Positions 46,264 through 56,837 are shown, counted from the first letter of the stretch. The stretch is 64,000 nucleotides of DNA from an uncultured virus (IMG/VR IMGVR_UViG_3300028593_001674) (IMGVR_UViG_3300028593_001674); one strand, 5' to 3'. Translations and numbers: made by a program. The notes: generated by a model not told the origin, from the sequence alone.

Positions 46264-46618
46264 CGATATGGCTGATGAAATTATGAAAGGCTTACAGGAA
46301 TATGCAGACCTTGCGGATACTGCCATGAAAAAGGCAGTCCGCAAGACTGCCACATCTGTTAAAAATGAAATTTCTGCAAATGCTCCGAAACGAACAGGAA
46401 AATATGCGAAAAGCTGGACGACGAAAAAAGTCAAGGAGAATAGCCATTCTCTTGAAATTACCGTCCATTCCAAAGACCGCTATCAGATTGCACACTTACT
46501 CGAAAAGGGACACGCTAAGCGGAATGGTGGACGAGTTGCAGGCAAGCCGCATATTGCTCCTGCAGAGGAAAACGGAGTAGATTTATTGGAATCGCTCATT
46601 GAAAAGGAGTTGTCATGA
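46250..46618 (+). CDS. HK97 gp10-like tail completion protein
   Basis: APKRTG, HLLEKGH, PHIAPA. Confidence 0.85.
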   Translation: MTSIDDMADEIMKGLQEYADLADTAMKKAVRKTATSVKNEISANAPKRTGKYAKSWTTKKVKENSHSLEITVHSKDRYQIAHLLEKGHAKRNGGRVAGKPHIAPAEENGVDLLESLIEKELS

Positions 46619-46932
46619 GTTACGAAGAAATCAACGAAATGATGCTTGAAATGGGGCTGCCCTTCGCATACCACCATTTTGCCGAGGGCGAAAGTCCGAA
46701 GCCGCCTTTTCTGATTTTTCTGTCACCGGGCGAGCATACTTTTTCGGCGGATAATCGGATGTATCACAGCTTCAAAAAGCTGGATATTGAACTGTATACC
46801 GATGAAAAATCTCCCGAAACAGAGGCGGAGATCGAAGCTGTTCTGCGGCATCATCACATTTTTTACAACAAAACCGAAACATGGATCGCATCTGAAGAGA
46901 TGTATGAAGTGTTATACGAAATGGAGGTTTGA
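46615..46932 (+). CDS. tail terminator-like protein
   Basis: synteny; FSADN, IELYT. Confidence 0.65.
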   Translation: MSYEEINEMMLEMGLPFAYHHFAEGESPKPPFLIFLSPGEHTFSADNRMYHSFKKLDIELYTDEKSPETEAEIEAVLRHHHIFYNKTETWIASEEMYEVLYEMEV

Positions 46933-46935
46933 GCT

Positions 46936-47532
46936 ATGGAAAAAAATAAGATCAAATTTGGTCTGAACAGAGTGCATTGGGCGAAAATTTTGTCTTATGA
47001 TGAAGATGGAATGCCTGTATATGCTGCGCCGGTCAGGCTGCCCGGCGCTGTATCGCTAAGCATTGACGCAAGCGGCGAAAATGAGCCGTTTTTTGCCGAT
47101 AATTGCGTGTATTATATGTGCAACAATAATTCCGGATATGAGGGGGATTTGGAGATTGCCCTCGTAACTACTGATTTTGCAACGGAAATCCTGGGGCAGA
47201 AACTGGACAGCAAGGGCGTTCTTGTGGAAAGCAATGATGCGGAAGTTGCCGAGTTTGCGTTGTTTTTCGAGTTTGAGGGCGACAAGCATAAGATTCGCCA
47301 TGTGATGTATCGTTGTTCTGTGGCGCGTCCTGCAACGGAATCTGCAACTACTGAGGATTCCAAGGAAGTAAAGACGGAGTCCCTGTCGCTGACCGCTTCG
47401 GCTCTCGAAAATGGGCTTGTAAAGTCAAAAAGCTGCGAGGCAACGGACAAGACGGTTTATGATAACTGGTACAAATCTGTCTATATTCCGACTTTTTCAA
47501 CCGCTAAGACGCCTGCCAAAACAACATCTTAA
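46936..47532 (+). CDS. major tail protein
   Basis: IKFGL..VHWA, FFADN, GYEGDLE, FALFFE. Confidence 0.88.
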   Translation: MEKNKIKFGLNRVHWAKILSYDEDGMPVYAAPVRLPGAVSLSIDASGENEPFFADNCVYYMCNNNSGYEGDLEIALVTTDFATEILGQKLDSKGVLVESNDAEVAEFALFFEFEGDKHKIRHVMYRCSVARPATESATTEDSKEVKTESLSLTASALENGLVKSKSCEATDKTVYDNWYKSVYIPTFSTAKTPAKTTS

Positions 47533-47544
47533 TGGAGGTACAGT

Positions 47545-47925
47545 ATGGCTATCAAGAAAAATATTATCGTAGACGGAATCGAAGTACCGTTCAAAGCGAG
47601 CGCCGCTGTGCCTCGTCTTTATCGTCTGAAATTTGGTCGTGATATCTATAAAGATTTTGCTTCTTTGCAGAAAAATGTCAAAGAGGGTGATGAGGAAAAC
47701 TCCACGCTTGACATTGAAAGTCTGGAGGTTTTTGAAAATATAGCCTTCGTAATGGCGAAACACGCAGACCCGGAGAACGTTCCCGATAATCCCGATGACT
47801 TTTTGGAGCAGTTCAACACGTTCAGTATTTATGAAATTCTTCCGCAGCTTATTGAATTGTGGGGACTGAATACCGCCACGCAAGTGGAATCTAAAAAAAA
47901 CATCGCAAAACTGACCGCCCGATGA
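47545..47925 (+). CDS. tail assembly chaperone (G)
   Basis: synteny; ends near the slippery A8C run at 47893-47901. Confidence 0.75.
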   Translation: MAIKKNIIVDGIEVPFKASAAVPRLYRLKFGRDIYKDFASLQKNVKEGDEENSTLDIESLEVFENIAFVMAKHADPENVPDNPDDFLEQFNTFSIYEILPQLIELWGLNTATQVESKKNIAKLTAR

Positions 47926-48086
47926 CGACTCCGCTTTTCCTCCTGAGATGCAAACAGCTCGGTCTTTCGATGACCGAGCTTGATTTGCTGACAATTGGTT
48001 TGATTAATGATATGTTCAGTGAACGTGAGCGAGATGATGAAAAATGGAGCATTCTTGCAGATCAGGATGCGATGGACAAATTTTAG
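47901..48086 (+). CDS. tail assembly chaperone GT extension (-1 frame)
   Basis: -1 frame HRKTDRPMTTPLFLLRC..QDAMDKF* is open from the slippery site. Confidence 0.65.
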   Translation, partial: HRKTDRPMTTPLFLLRCKQLGLSMTELDLLTIGLINDMFSERERDDEKWSILADQDAMDKF

Positions 48087-48115
48087 AAATATATCAACCA
48101 ATAATCTTATATTTT

Positions 48116-48385
48116 TCATTTATCTCCATAATGACCACGGCAACTGACAATATAAATTCTGTCACCTTCGACATGATATACAAGGCGATCCTTTTCATTA
48201 ATTCGCCGACTAAATTCTCCATGTAGATTATTTTTCAAAGCTTCAGGCTGACCAATACCATCAAGACATCCATTTCTCTCTATATCCTTGATAAGCTGAT
48301 TAATACGTTTCAGTGTCTTTTTGTCTTGTGCCTGCCAGTAAAGATAATCTTCCCATGCGTCATCTGACCAGATTTTTTCACTCAT
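48116..48385 (-). CDS. Txe/YoeB-family toxin
   Basis: AWEDYLYWQ..KRINQLIKDI, PEALK, SRRINEKDRLVY, RGHY. Confidence 0.92.
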   Translation of the reverse strand: MSEKIWSDDAWEDYLYWQAQDKKTLKRINQLIKDIERNGCLDGIGQPEALKNNLHGEFSRRINEKDRLVYHVEGDRIYIVSCRGHYGDK

Positions 48386-48647
48386 CTTCCACCTCAATCA
48401 ATTCATGAGCGGTACCCTTTCCGTCACGAAGTTCCTGAACTGCTTTCATGATATGTGCTTGATTTGCTTCGCTGTAAAAGGGATCAGCGGACTGAGAAAT
48501 CTCAAACGGAATGCGGTGTTCACGCAGAACGGCTTTTACAAAAAGGTTGATAGCAGCGGATGTGTTTAATCCTACATCAGAGCAAAAATTATCAAATGCC
48601 ATTTTATCATTCTCGTCAATGCGAGCAGAGATTGTTGCTTGTGCCAT
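48378..48647 (-). CDS. RelB/DinJ-family antitoxin
   Basis: ISARID, GLNTSAAINLF, IPFEI; overlaps the toxin start. Confidence 0.88.
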   Translation of the reverse strand: MAQATISARIDENDKMAFDNFCSDVGLNTSAAINLFVKAVLREHRIPFEISQSADPFYSEANQAHIMKAVQELRDGKGTAHELIEVEDE

Positions 48648-48758
48648 ATTAGCAACTCCTTTCAGTATTATTCTTGCTTCTATTATACCACTATTGTATG
48701 CAAATTGCAAGCGTTTGTATAACAATTTTAAAATTTTTTTGAAAAGAGGTGACCCACC

Positions 48759-51700
48759 ACGGCAAACAGAATAAAAGGGATAACCGTTGAAATAGGCGGC
48801 GACACAACTAAGCTCTCTAAAGCTCTCGAAGGTGTCAACAAAAACATTAAAAACACCCAGACTCAGCTAAAAGACGTAGAAAAGCTGCTGAAACTTGATC
48901 CGACCAATACGGAACTTTTATCGCAAAAACAGAAACTTCTTGCAGATACAATCGGCTCAACTAAAACCAAACTGGAAACTCTGAAAACCGCCGCAGAACA
49001 GGCAAATACGGCACTCGCAAACGGCGACATATCGCAGGAACAGTATGACGCTTTACAGCGAGAAATTATTGAAACGGAAAACGAATTGCAGCGTTTGCAG
49101 AATGAAGCTGAGAAGTCAAAAACGGCGCTCGTTAAAATCGGTGAAGCCGGAGAAGTTCTGCAAGATGTGGGCGATAAGATCAGCGGCGCAGGCGAAAAAT
49201 TGCTCCCAGTAACCGCAGGTGTGACTGCCCTCGGAACTGCTGCTGTGAAGACCGCCTCTGATTTCGATTCTGCCATGAGCAAGGTCGCCGCTGTTTCCGG
49301 TGCTACCGGAGAGGACTTGCAGGCACTCCGTGACAAGGCTCGTGAGATGGGCGCAAAGACCAAATTTTCGGCATCCGAAGCCGCCGAAGCGATGAACTAT
49401 ATGGCGATGGCGGGCTGGAAATCAGGCGATATGTTGTCGGGAATCGAGGGCATTATGAACCTTGCCGCCGCAAGTGGTGAAGACCTCGCAACAACCTCTG
49501 ACATTGTTACAGATGCATTGACCGCTTTCGGCTTAACCGCCGATGACAGCGGTCATTTTGCTGATGTGTTGGCGGCGGCAAGTTCTAATGCAAATACAAA
49601 TGTGTCAATGCTCGGCGAATCCTTCAAATACTGCGCTCCGATTGCCGGTGCATTGGGATTTTCCTGCGAAGATACTGCCGAGGTCCTCGGACTTATGGCG
49701 AATGCCGGTATAAAGTCTACGCAGTCCGGTACGTCTATGCGCTCCATTATGACGGCGCTTTCGGGCGATGTCAAATTCTGCTCCGACGCATTCGGTGAAA
49801 TGGAAATTGCCACTTCAAATTCTGACGGTTCAATGCGTGAATTGTCCGATATATTGGCGGATTGCCGTGTTGCTTTCGATCAGATGTCAGAATCAGAAAA
49901 AGCATCAGCAGCACAGTCTTTGGTGGGCAAAAATGCCATGTCAGGATTTCTCGCTCTCATGAATTCCGCACCTGCTGACATCGAAAAACTATCTGGAGCG
50001 ATTGACAACTGTGACGGCACATCGCTCCGCATGGCAGAAACGATGCAGGATAATCTTGGCGGTCAGCTTACTATTTTGAAGTCGCAGCTTGAGGAGCTTG
50101 CTATTTCTTTCGGCGAAATCCTGATGCCTGCCATTCGTGAAATTGTGGCGAAAATCCAAGGATTTATCGACAAACTGAATCAGCTTGACCCGGCAACAAA
50201 GGAAACGATTATCAAAATTGCTCTGGTTGCGGCGGCTCTCGGACCTCTGCTGATCGTGGTAGGCAAAACCATTTCAACGGTCGGAAGCCTGATGACCTTT
50301 ATCAGCAACGTTCCCACGATGATCGCAGGTGCAAAAGCTGCTTTTGCAACTTTAAGCGGTGCGATTGGTGGGATTTCCGCACCCGTGGTTGCCGTTGTTG
50401 CAGCGATTGCTGCACTTGTGGCGGCTTTCGTGCATCTGTGGAATACTAACGAAGATTTCAGAAACAGCATCATTGCGATTTGGGAGAAAATCAAGGCTAC
50501 GTTTTCAAATCTGACGCAGGGAATTGTTGACCGTCTGAACGCTCTCGGATTTAATTTTGAGGATTTCGGCGATTTGGTACGGTCTATATGGCAGGGATTG
50601 TGCGATATTCTTGCACCGTGGTTTGAGGGCGTTTTCACCTATATTGCGGAAACTTTTGATGTTATCGTTGATGTGATTCTCGGCGTTCTGGATATTTTTA
50701 TCGGGTTGTTTACTGGCGACTGGGAGCAGATGTGGAGCGGTATCAAGGGCATTTTTGTCGGAATATGGGACTACATCAAAAATTGCTTTTCCAATATTCT
50801 GAATACCCTCGAAGGTATCGCAGATGTATTTTTTGGTTGGTTCGGAACATCATGGAGCGAGGTCTGGACGGCAATCAAGGACTTCTTCGTTGGAATCTGG
50901 AACAGTATCAGCAATTTTATTACGAATATTTTTACAGGAATTCAGACGTTTTTCACGACAATATGGACTGCGATTAAAGATTTCTTTGTCGGTATCTGGA
51001 ATACGATATACAGCTATATTTCGGAGAGAATCACGGCAATTCAGACTGTTATCACGACCGTGTGGAACGCCATTTCTACGGCAATATCCACGGTATTAAA
51101 TACTATCTGGACGGCTATCAGCACGGTCTGGAATACTATTTATGAATTTATTTCTCCTCTTTTGGAGGCTTTTCGTTATCTGTTTGAAACCATTTTTCAA
51201 GCGATCCATATCATTATCAGCAATGTTATGGACTGGATCTCCGAAAAGATTCAGACTGCTTGGAATGCTATAGTTGGCTTTGTTACGCCGATTTTAGAGG
51301 GTATCAGAACTTTCTTTGAAACGATATGGAATGCGATCTCAACGGCGATTTCTACGGCTATGGACACTATTTATAGTGTAGTTTCTACTGTATGGAACGC
51401 CATTTCCGGCTTTATTTCGGGAATTCTGAACTCTATCTGGTCGGTGATTTCTTCCGTCTGGAATACAATTAGTGGTACAATTTCAGGCATTTTAAATGCT
51501 ATTTCAAGCACTGTTTCAAATATCTGGAATGCTATCAAAAACACTATCACAAACGTAATGAACAGCATCAAAACAACTGTATCTAACATTTGGAACAGTG
51601 TAAAATCGGCAATTTCTAACACAATCACTGGTATCAAAGATACAATCGTGAATGGTTTCAATAATGCTGTGAACTTCGTGAAAAATCTTGCTTCCGAGGC

Positions 51701-52931
51701 GTGGAACTGGGGTGCGGATATTATAAACGGCATTGTTGAGGGAATAAAATCTAAAATTCAGGCTGTTGCCGATGCTGTAACGGGTGTTGCGGATAAAATC
51801 AAAAGTTTCCTGCATTTCTCTGTGCCTGATGAAGGACCTTTGACCGATTTTGAATCTTGGATGCCGGACTTTATGCAGGGACTTGCTGACGGTATTTCGG
51901 CAAATGCAGGAATGGTAAGCGATGCTCTCGGCACGTTCGGAACGAATATTACAACGGCTCTGACTGAAACTTTCCAGACAGCAATGTCCAATATCGTAAC
52001 GACTGTGCAGACGTTTATGGAAAACACGCTGACGGAAGTTACAACTGTCTGGAATAACATCAAAACGAATATGGACACTGTTCTCGCAGGTATCGGAAAT
52101 GCCGTAAAATCGGGATGGGATTCAATCAAGAATGTGATTTCTACAGCGATAAACGGCATTAAAAATGTTATTTCAACTGTGTGGAATGGAATCAAAACTT
52201 TCATTTCTGACGGTCAGTCAAATATGAAAAACACGATTACTTCCACTTGGAGCAGCATTTCTGACGGCGTGAAAAATACTGTAAATTCGGTAAAATCTGC
52301 CGTTTTCTCCGCTTGGAACGCCATGCCCGATGCGGTTCATGGAGCTATGAACAACGTCCGTGATACCGTTTTCAATATCTGGGATAATGTGAGAAGCGGC
52401 GTGTGGGATAGGCTCGGCGGCATTCGTGACGCTGTTTCTGATGGGCTTAATTCCGCTGCGGAATGTATCAGGAACATCGTAAATTCCTCGTGGCAGTGGG
52501 GTTATGACCTTATGCAGAATCTTATCAACGGTATCCGATATATGATTGGAGATCTTATCAATACGGTTGCTGATGTGGCAAATTCAATCTGGGAATATCT
52601 GCATTTTTCCGTTCCCGAAAAAGGTCCTCTGACGGATTTTGAAAGCTGGATGCCGGACTTCATCGGCGGTCTTGCTGATGGTATCAACAAAAGCAAAAAG
52701 CTGATTTCTAAGGCTGTAGAGGGCGTTGCTGATGCAATGCAGATGACTTTGGATTCCAACATCGGACTGAACCTTGACGGAATTTCTTCACCCATGAAAT
52801 ACGAAAATCCTGCCGGAACGGTTATCAATAATTATGACAACAGCCGGACAGTAAATCAGACGAATAATTCGCCGAAATCGCTGTCACGGCTGGAGATCTA
52901 TCGGCAGACACGGAATGCGTTGATAACGTAG
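48759..52931 (+). CDS. tail tape measure protein (TP901-type core); expected start codon reads ACG
   Basis: GAGGTGA RBS then ACG-GCA-AAC-AGA-ATA (ANRIKGITVEIGG), open and in frame with the 49086 ORF; Trp-periodic repeats. Confidence 0.88.
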   Translation, partial: TANRIKGITVEIGGDTTKLSKALEGVNKNIKNTQTQLKDVEKLLKLDPTNTELLSQKQKLLADTIGSTKTKLETLKTAAEQANTALANGDISQEQYDALQREIIETENELQRLQNEAEKSKTALVKIGEAGEVLQDVGDKISGAGEKLLPVTAGVTALGTAAVKTASDFDSAMSKVAAVSGATGEDLQALRDKAREMGAKTKFSASEAAEAMNYMAMAGWKSGDMLSGIEGIMNLAAASGEDLATTSDIVTDALTAFGLTADDSGHFADVLAAASSNANTNVSMLGESFKYCAPIAGALGFSCEDTAEVLGLMANAGIKSTQSGTSMRSIMTALSGDVKFCSDAFGEMEIATSNSDGSMRELSDILADCRVAFDQMSESEKASAAQSLVGKNAMSGFLALMNSAPADIEKLSGAIDNCDGTSLRMAETMQDNLGGQLTILKSQLEELAISFGEILMPAIREIVAKIQGFIDKLNQLDPATKETIIKIALVAAALGPLLIVVGKTISTVGSLMTFISNVPTMIAGAKAAFATLSGAIGGISAPVVAVVAAIAALVAAFVHLWNTNEDFRNSIIAIWEKIKATFSNLTQGIVDRLNALGFNFEDFGDLVRSIWQGLCDILAPWFEGVFTYIAETFDVIVDVILGVLDIFIGLFTGDWEQMWSGIKGIFVGIWDYIKNCFSNILNTLEGIADVFFGWFGTSWSEVWTAIKDFFVGIWNSISNFITNIFTGIQTFFTTIWTAIKDFFVGIWNTIYSYISERITAIQTVITTVWNAISTAISTVLNTIWTAISTVWNTIYEFISPLLEAFRYLFETIFQAIHIIISNVMDWISEKIQTAWNAIVGFVTPILEGIRTFFETIWNAISTAISTAMDTIYSVVSTVWNAISGFISGILNSIWSVISSVWNTISGTISGILNAISSTVSNIWNAIKNTITNVMNSIKTTVSNIWNSVKSAISNTITGIKDTIVNGFNNAVNFVKNLASEAWNWGADIINGIVEGIKSKIQAVADAVTGVADKIKSFLHFSVPDEGPLTDFESWMPDFMQGLADGISANAGMVSDALGTFGTNITTALTETFQTAMSNIVTTVQTFMENTLTEVTTVWNNIKTNMDTVLAGIGNAVKSGWDSIKNVISTAINGIKNVISTVWNGIKTFISDGQSNMKNTITSTWSSISDGVKNTVNSVKSAVFSAWNAMPDAVHGAMNNVRDTVFNIWDNVRSGVWDRLGGIRDAVSDGLNSAAECIRNIVNSSWQWGYDLMQNLINGIRYMIGDLINTVADVANSIWEYLHFSVPEKGPLTDFESWMPDFIGGLADGINKSKKLISKAVEGVADAMQMTLDSNIGLNLDGISSPMKYENPAGTVINNYDNSRTVNQTNNSPKSLSRLEIYRQTRNALIT

Positions 52932-52983
52932 AAAGAAGCGATTTTTGTCGCTCCTTCGGCTCTGTAAATTAGAAGTCGTGAAA

Positions 52984-53421
52984 CTATTCAAGCCATTGAA
53001 TAAACGCTGTTTTATCTGTACTGTTATATCCCGCGCGGCTATAAAATTTAAATGTCGTTTCTTCCTTTGAACCAGTAAGTAACATCATTTTATAACAATT
53101 TGCTTTTTTTGCTATTTCTTTAGCATAATTAAGGCACTCTGTTGCATATCCATTTCCACGATATTTTTCATGTGTAACAACATTTTCAACAAATGCATAT
53201 GGTCTGACATTTCTTGTTAAGTTTGGAATAATCACACATACGCAAGAAGAAACAATTATACCATCTATCATATTAACGATAATATGATGATTTTCATCTT
53301 GGATAATAGTACTCCATGTTCTTTTTAAATGCTCTGTCATTTCTGGAATAGACTTTTCATGTAAATATAAGTATAATTGTAATAATCCATTTAATTCATT
53401 TTCAGCAATTTCTCTAACCAT
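52984..53421 (-). CDS. GNAT acetyltransferase (moron)
   Basis: VENVVTHEKYRGNGYA acetyl-CoA motif, FYSRAGY; AT-rich; opposite strand. Confidence 0.88.
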   Translation of the reverse strand: MVREIAENELNGLLQLYLYLHEKSIPEMTEHLKRTWSTIIQDENHHIIVNMIDGIIVSSCVCVIIPNLTRNVRPYAFVENVVTHEKYRGNGYATECLNYAKEIAKKANCYKMMLLTGSKEETTFKFYSRAGYNSTDKTAFIQWLE

Positions 53422-53509
53422 ACGGCATCTCCCTATATTTCGATTTATACAGTTACAGTATACCACATTTCCTCGAAAAAGTCAATCTGCTGAAAGGAGA
53501 TTTTATCCC

Positions 53510-54361
53510 ATGCACTTCACCCTAATTCTTGCAAACGAAACTGGCGACCAACTCAATCTGACCACCACTTCCAACAGGTATATGACCTCCGAAATTGACG
53601 GTTTGTATCCGCCTGCCGGAACGATAAGCACATCGACTTATGCAGGCATGAACGGCTCATATCTCAACAACGCTTTCATTGAAAAACGTAGCCTTGTGAT
53701 TACTTTTCAGATGCGTGGGGTTGGCATTGAAAAGCGGCGGCACGAGCTGTACAAAGTGATCAAGCCGTCACGATATATCAAGATTTACTATCAAACAGCG
53801 AATATTGATGTGTACACCGAGGGCTATGTAGAAACCTGCGAAGTGCAGAATTTCGAGCAGTTCACAAGCGGACAGATCAGTATTATCTGTCCTGATATTT
53901 ACTGGTACTCGACAGAAACACAAATTGCCGAATACTCGCAGATTTTCGGAGCTTTTCATTTCATTTTTCCCGATGATGACAAACCCTTTCCGCTTGGAAA
54001 ATACAACACGCAGAATATGATGACGATTCAGAATGACGGTGATGAAACGGGCTTCACACTTGAGATTAGCGGAGGACCTGCAAAAAATCCGACTCTGTAC
54101 AACGCCGAAACAGATGAATATGTGCAAATTCTCGGCGATATTGAGGAGGGTGATATCATAAGAATCACCACAAAAACAGGCAATAAAACGGTCACTCTGG
54201 AGCGTGAGGGCGTGCAGGAGAATATCATCAATCGTCTTGTGTCAGGTTCAACATGGCTTACCTTACGTGAGGGTGAAAATAAATTTTATCTCCGTGCGGC
54301 AAATGGACTGCGAAATTTAAAAGTCCGATTGATTCACCGCAACGCATATTTAGGAGTGTGA
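53510..54361 (+). CDS. distal tail protein (Dit)
   Basis: follows the TMP; CPDIYWY, LREGEN. Confidence 0.8.
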   Translation: MHFTLILANETGDQLNLTTTSNRYMTSEIDGLYPPAGTISTSTYAGMNGSYLNNAFIEKRSLVITFQMRGVGIEKRRHELYKVIKPSRYIKIYYQTANIDVYTEGYVETCEVQNFEQFTSGQISIICPDIYWYSTETQIAEYSQIFGAFHFIFPDDDKPFPLGKYNTQNMMTIQNDGDETGFTLEISGGPAKNPTLYNAETDEYVQILGDIEEGDIIRITTKTGNKTVTLEREGVQENIINRLVSGSTWLTLREGENKFYLRAANGLRNLKVRLIHRNAYLGV

Positions 54362-54364
54362 AAA

Positions 54365-55477
54365 ATGCAGATTGAAATTTACAAAATGACAGCGAATGAA
54401 AATACTCTGGCGATAACGCTTGAAGCAATCTGCGACAGTTTTTCAAGTCTTTTGTGGGATGTGGAATATTACTCCTGCGGCGTATTTGAAGTATATATCG
54501 CCGCAAATCCACGAAACATTGAGATTTTCCAGACTGGAAGAATTGTCGGCAGAGATGATGACAAGGAGCATTTCGGACTGATAGAATCCGTTAAAATCGA
54601 AACAGACGCAGAAAACGGCGACTACTTGATTGTGGGTGGTCGCTTTTTGATGTGCCTTTTGGAACGCAGAATAATTTATCCGACTTTGAGTTTTACAACC
54701 GAAAAGACATATGCGGAAATTGTGCATACCGCCGTTATAAATAACGCCATAAACGCTGAAAACAGGACGATTCCGGGACTTGCTCTTGGTAATGTTTCCG
54801 GCAGTTGTTGGGAACAGAAAACCAAATTACAGGTCAGCTACGATAATCTGATGCGGTGGATTTACACCATTTGTGAGAAAATCAACGGTACGGCAAATAT
54901 TCGTCTTTCCAAAATAAACGGCGAACAATATGAAATGCTCCTTGACCTTTCCGAAGGTGCTGACAGAAGCATTTTGCAGGAAGAAAATCCGCACATTATC
55001 TTTTCAGATGGATACACAAATCTGCTGTCGTTCACATATTCCTCTGACATTTCAGTACAGCGGAATTTTGCCTATGTTCTGGGGAAGGGCGAAGGTGAAG
55101 AACGAAGGAGAACAACATACTTTGACGGTGACGAGCCTTCATTTTTAGAGCGTTACGAGGTATATGTAGATGCTAAAGATATGGCGGACGAGCAACAGGA
55201 AAATGGCGAATCTAAGCCGATTTCAGAAAATGAATACATTGAACTGCTGAAAGAACGTGGAAAGGAAAATATTGTTCAACCGCTGACAGCATCGGAATCG
55301 CAGATCGCAGTGCAGTCCACGCAGTTTCGGTATAACACAGATTATTTTGTCGGCGATTATGTGACCGTGGAGCATCAGCGATTTGGCTTGATACAGCCGA
55401 AAATACAGCTGATTGGCATGATCGAGAGCTTCGACCAAAATGGTCGCTCACTTACACCAACATTCAGGGAGGTATGA
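54365..55477 (+). CDS. tail/baseplate hub protein (Gp37-like)
   Basis: YYSCGVFE, GKGEGEER, EVYVDAKD, DYFVGD. Confidence 0.75.
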   Translation: MQIEIYKMTANENTLAITLEAICDSFSSLLWDVEYYSCGVFEVYIAANPRNIEIFQTGRIVGRDDDKEHFGLIESVKIETDAENGDYLIVGGRFLMCLLERRIIYPTLSFTTEKTYAEIVHTAVINNAINAENRTIPGLALGNVSGSCWEQKTKLQVSYDNLMRWIYTICEKINGTANIRLSKINGEQYEMLLDLSEGADRSILQEENPHIIFSDGYTNLLSFTYSSDISVQRNFAYVLGKGEGEERRRTTYFDGDEPSFLERYEVYVDAKDMADEQQENGESKPISENEYIELLKERGKENIVQPLTASESQIAVQSTQFRYNTDYFVGDYVTVEHQRFGLIQPKIQLIGMIESFDQNGRSLTPTFREV

Positions 55478-55481
55478 TTTT

Positions 55482-56837
55482 ATGGCATTTTCATTTGGAT
55501 TTTTCAATTCTAAAGGATTGGACAGAACCTACACAGCGGAGAATTTCTGTGATTATCTTGGCAGCGTTATTTGCAATGGCATTCAGGATAATTACGGCGA
55601 CTGCTTCAAATTGACGGCTGCGGCAACTGGTCTGAAAGTTACTGTTGGACGTGGAAAAGCGTGGATAAATGGGCATTACTTCATCAATGACGCTCGCTAC
55701 AGCATTGATTTGTCAGGATATCAGGATGAATCGCTGCCAAGGTATGTGGGGATTGCAATTTACCTTGACACAACGGAATCCGTCCGAAATGTATCGCTGA
55801 AACTGTTTCCGGGAACGCCTGCGGAGAATCCTGCTTTGCCTACAATTCCGCAGGACGATGACCATGTGCGACTTCTGATGTATGCGGTGCGGCTTAATGT
55901 CGGGGCAACTTCTCTGACAGAGCGTGACTGGTACGATTACCGTGAGGATTCCAACGTTTGCGGCTATTGCAGGTGTATTTTAGGCAAGTGCAAAGTGTCC
56001 GAAATTATGGACGCTTACGATAAAAACAACCGACTTCTGGAATCGTTGCAGGAGCAAATCGGTGAACTTTCGGAGCGTATAAGCAGTATCACGGGTGAAA
56101 TTTCAGACATTGGTCAGATAGGAGAAAACGCCTATTATACGCAGTATTCTGATGGTACGCTTAGTATCAGCGGAAATGGCGCAACAAATGATTACACAGG
56201 ATTTGCGATTCAGCTTGGATATTCTGACGAGCCTGATTCGCCGTTTTATGAGAATGACAGCATTCAAAAGGTTAAACTTTCAAGCGGAATAACGGCTCTT
56301 GGAAACTGGCTGTTTGCGGCTTGCTTTAACCTTGAAAATATCGTATTGCCGAGGAATCTGGAACGCATCGGCGATCTGACCTTCAACCGTACAGCGATAA
56401 AAACCATTGAATTTCCTGCATCACTCACAACAATTGGTGTGGGAGCGTTTACAGCTTCCAAGCTTGAAAATGTGTATATACCTGCAACGGTAAAAAATTT
56501 CGGCAGATATGCATTTTTTCATTGCGAGTCACTGACCAGCGTCAATATTCAGTGCGAAAAAACAGGATCTATTGCGTTTTCCGGCTGCATTTCGCTGACG
56601 AATGTCACGATTGGAATTGGCTGTAAATATATTGCGGATTCGTGCTTTGTTTACTGCGATAGTCTGCGGAAAATTACGTATGAGGGTACGCTTGCACAGT
56701 GGGCGGAGGTCAGAAAAGGAAATCTCTGGGACGGTCACGGCGGCGTTCAGGAATCGGTGCTTGAAAGGATCCGGTGTACCGACGGTTTTATGGAATATGA
56801 TGCAGAAAACAAAGTATGGAACGAGGTGAAGAACTGA
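55482..56837 (+). CDS. baseplate/tail protein with BspA-type leucine-rich repeats
   Basis: FFNS..DRTYTAE and GKAWING N-terminal domain; LPRNLERIG, FPASLTTIG..AF repeats. Confidence 0.75.
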   Translation: MAFSFGFFNSKGLDRTYTAENFCDYLGSVICNGIQDNYGDCFKLTAAATGLKVTVGRGKAWINGHYFINDARYSIDLSGYQDESLPRYVGIAIYLDTTESVRNVSLKLFPGTPAENPALPTIPQDDDHVRLLMYAVRLNVGATSLTERDWYDYREDSNVCGYCRCILGKCKVSEIMDAYDKNNRLLESLQEQIGELSERISSITGEISDIGQIGENAYYTQYSDGTLSISGNGATNDYTGFAIQLGYSDEPDSPFYENDSIQKVKLSSGITALGNWLFAACFNLENIVLPRNLERIGDLTFNRTAIKTIEFPASLTTIGVGAFTASKLENVYIPATVKNFGRYAFFHCESLTSVNIQCEKTGSIAFSGCISLTNVTIGIGCKYIADSCFVYCDSLRKITYEGTLAQWAEVRKGNLWDGHGGVQESVLERIRCTDGFMEYDAENKVWNEVKN

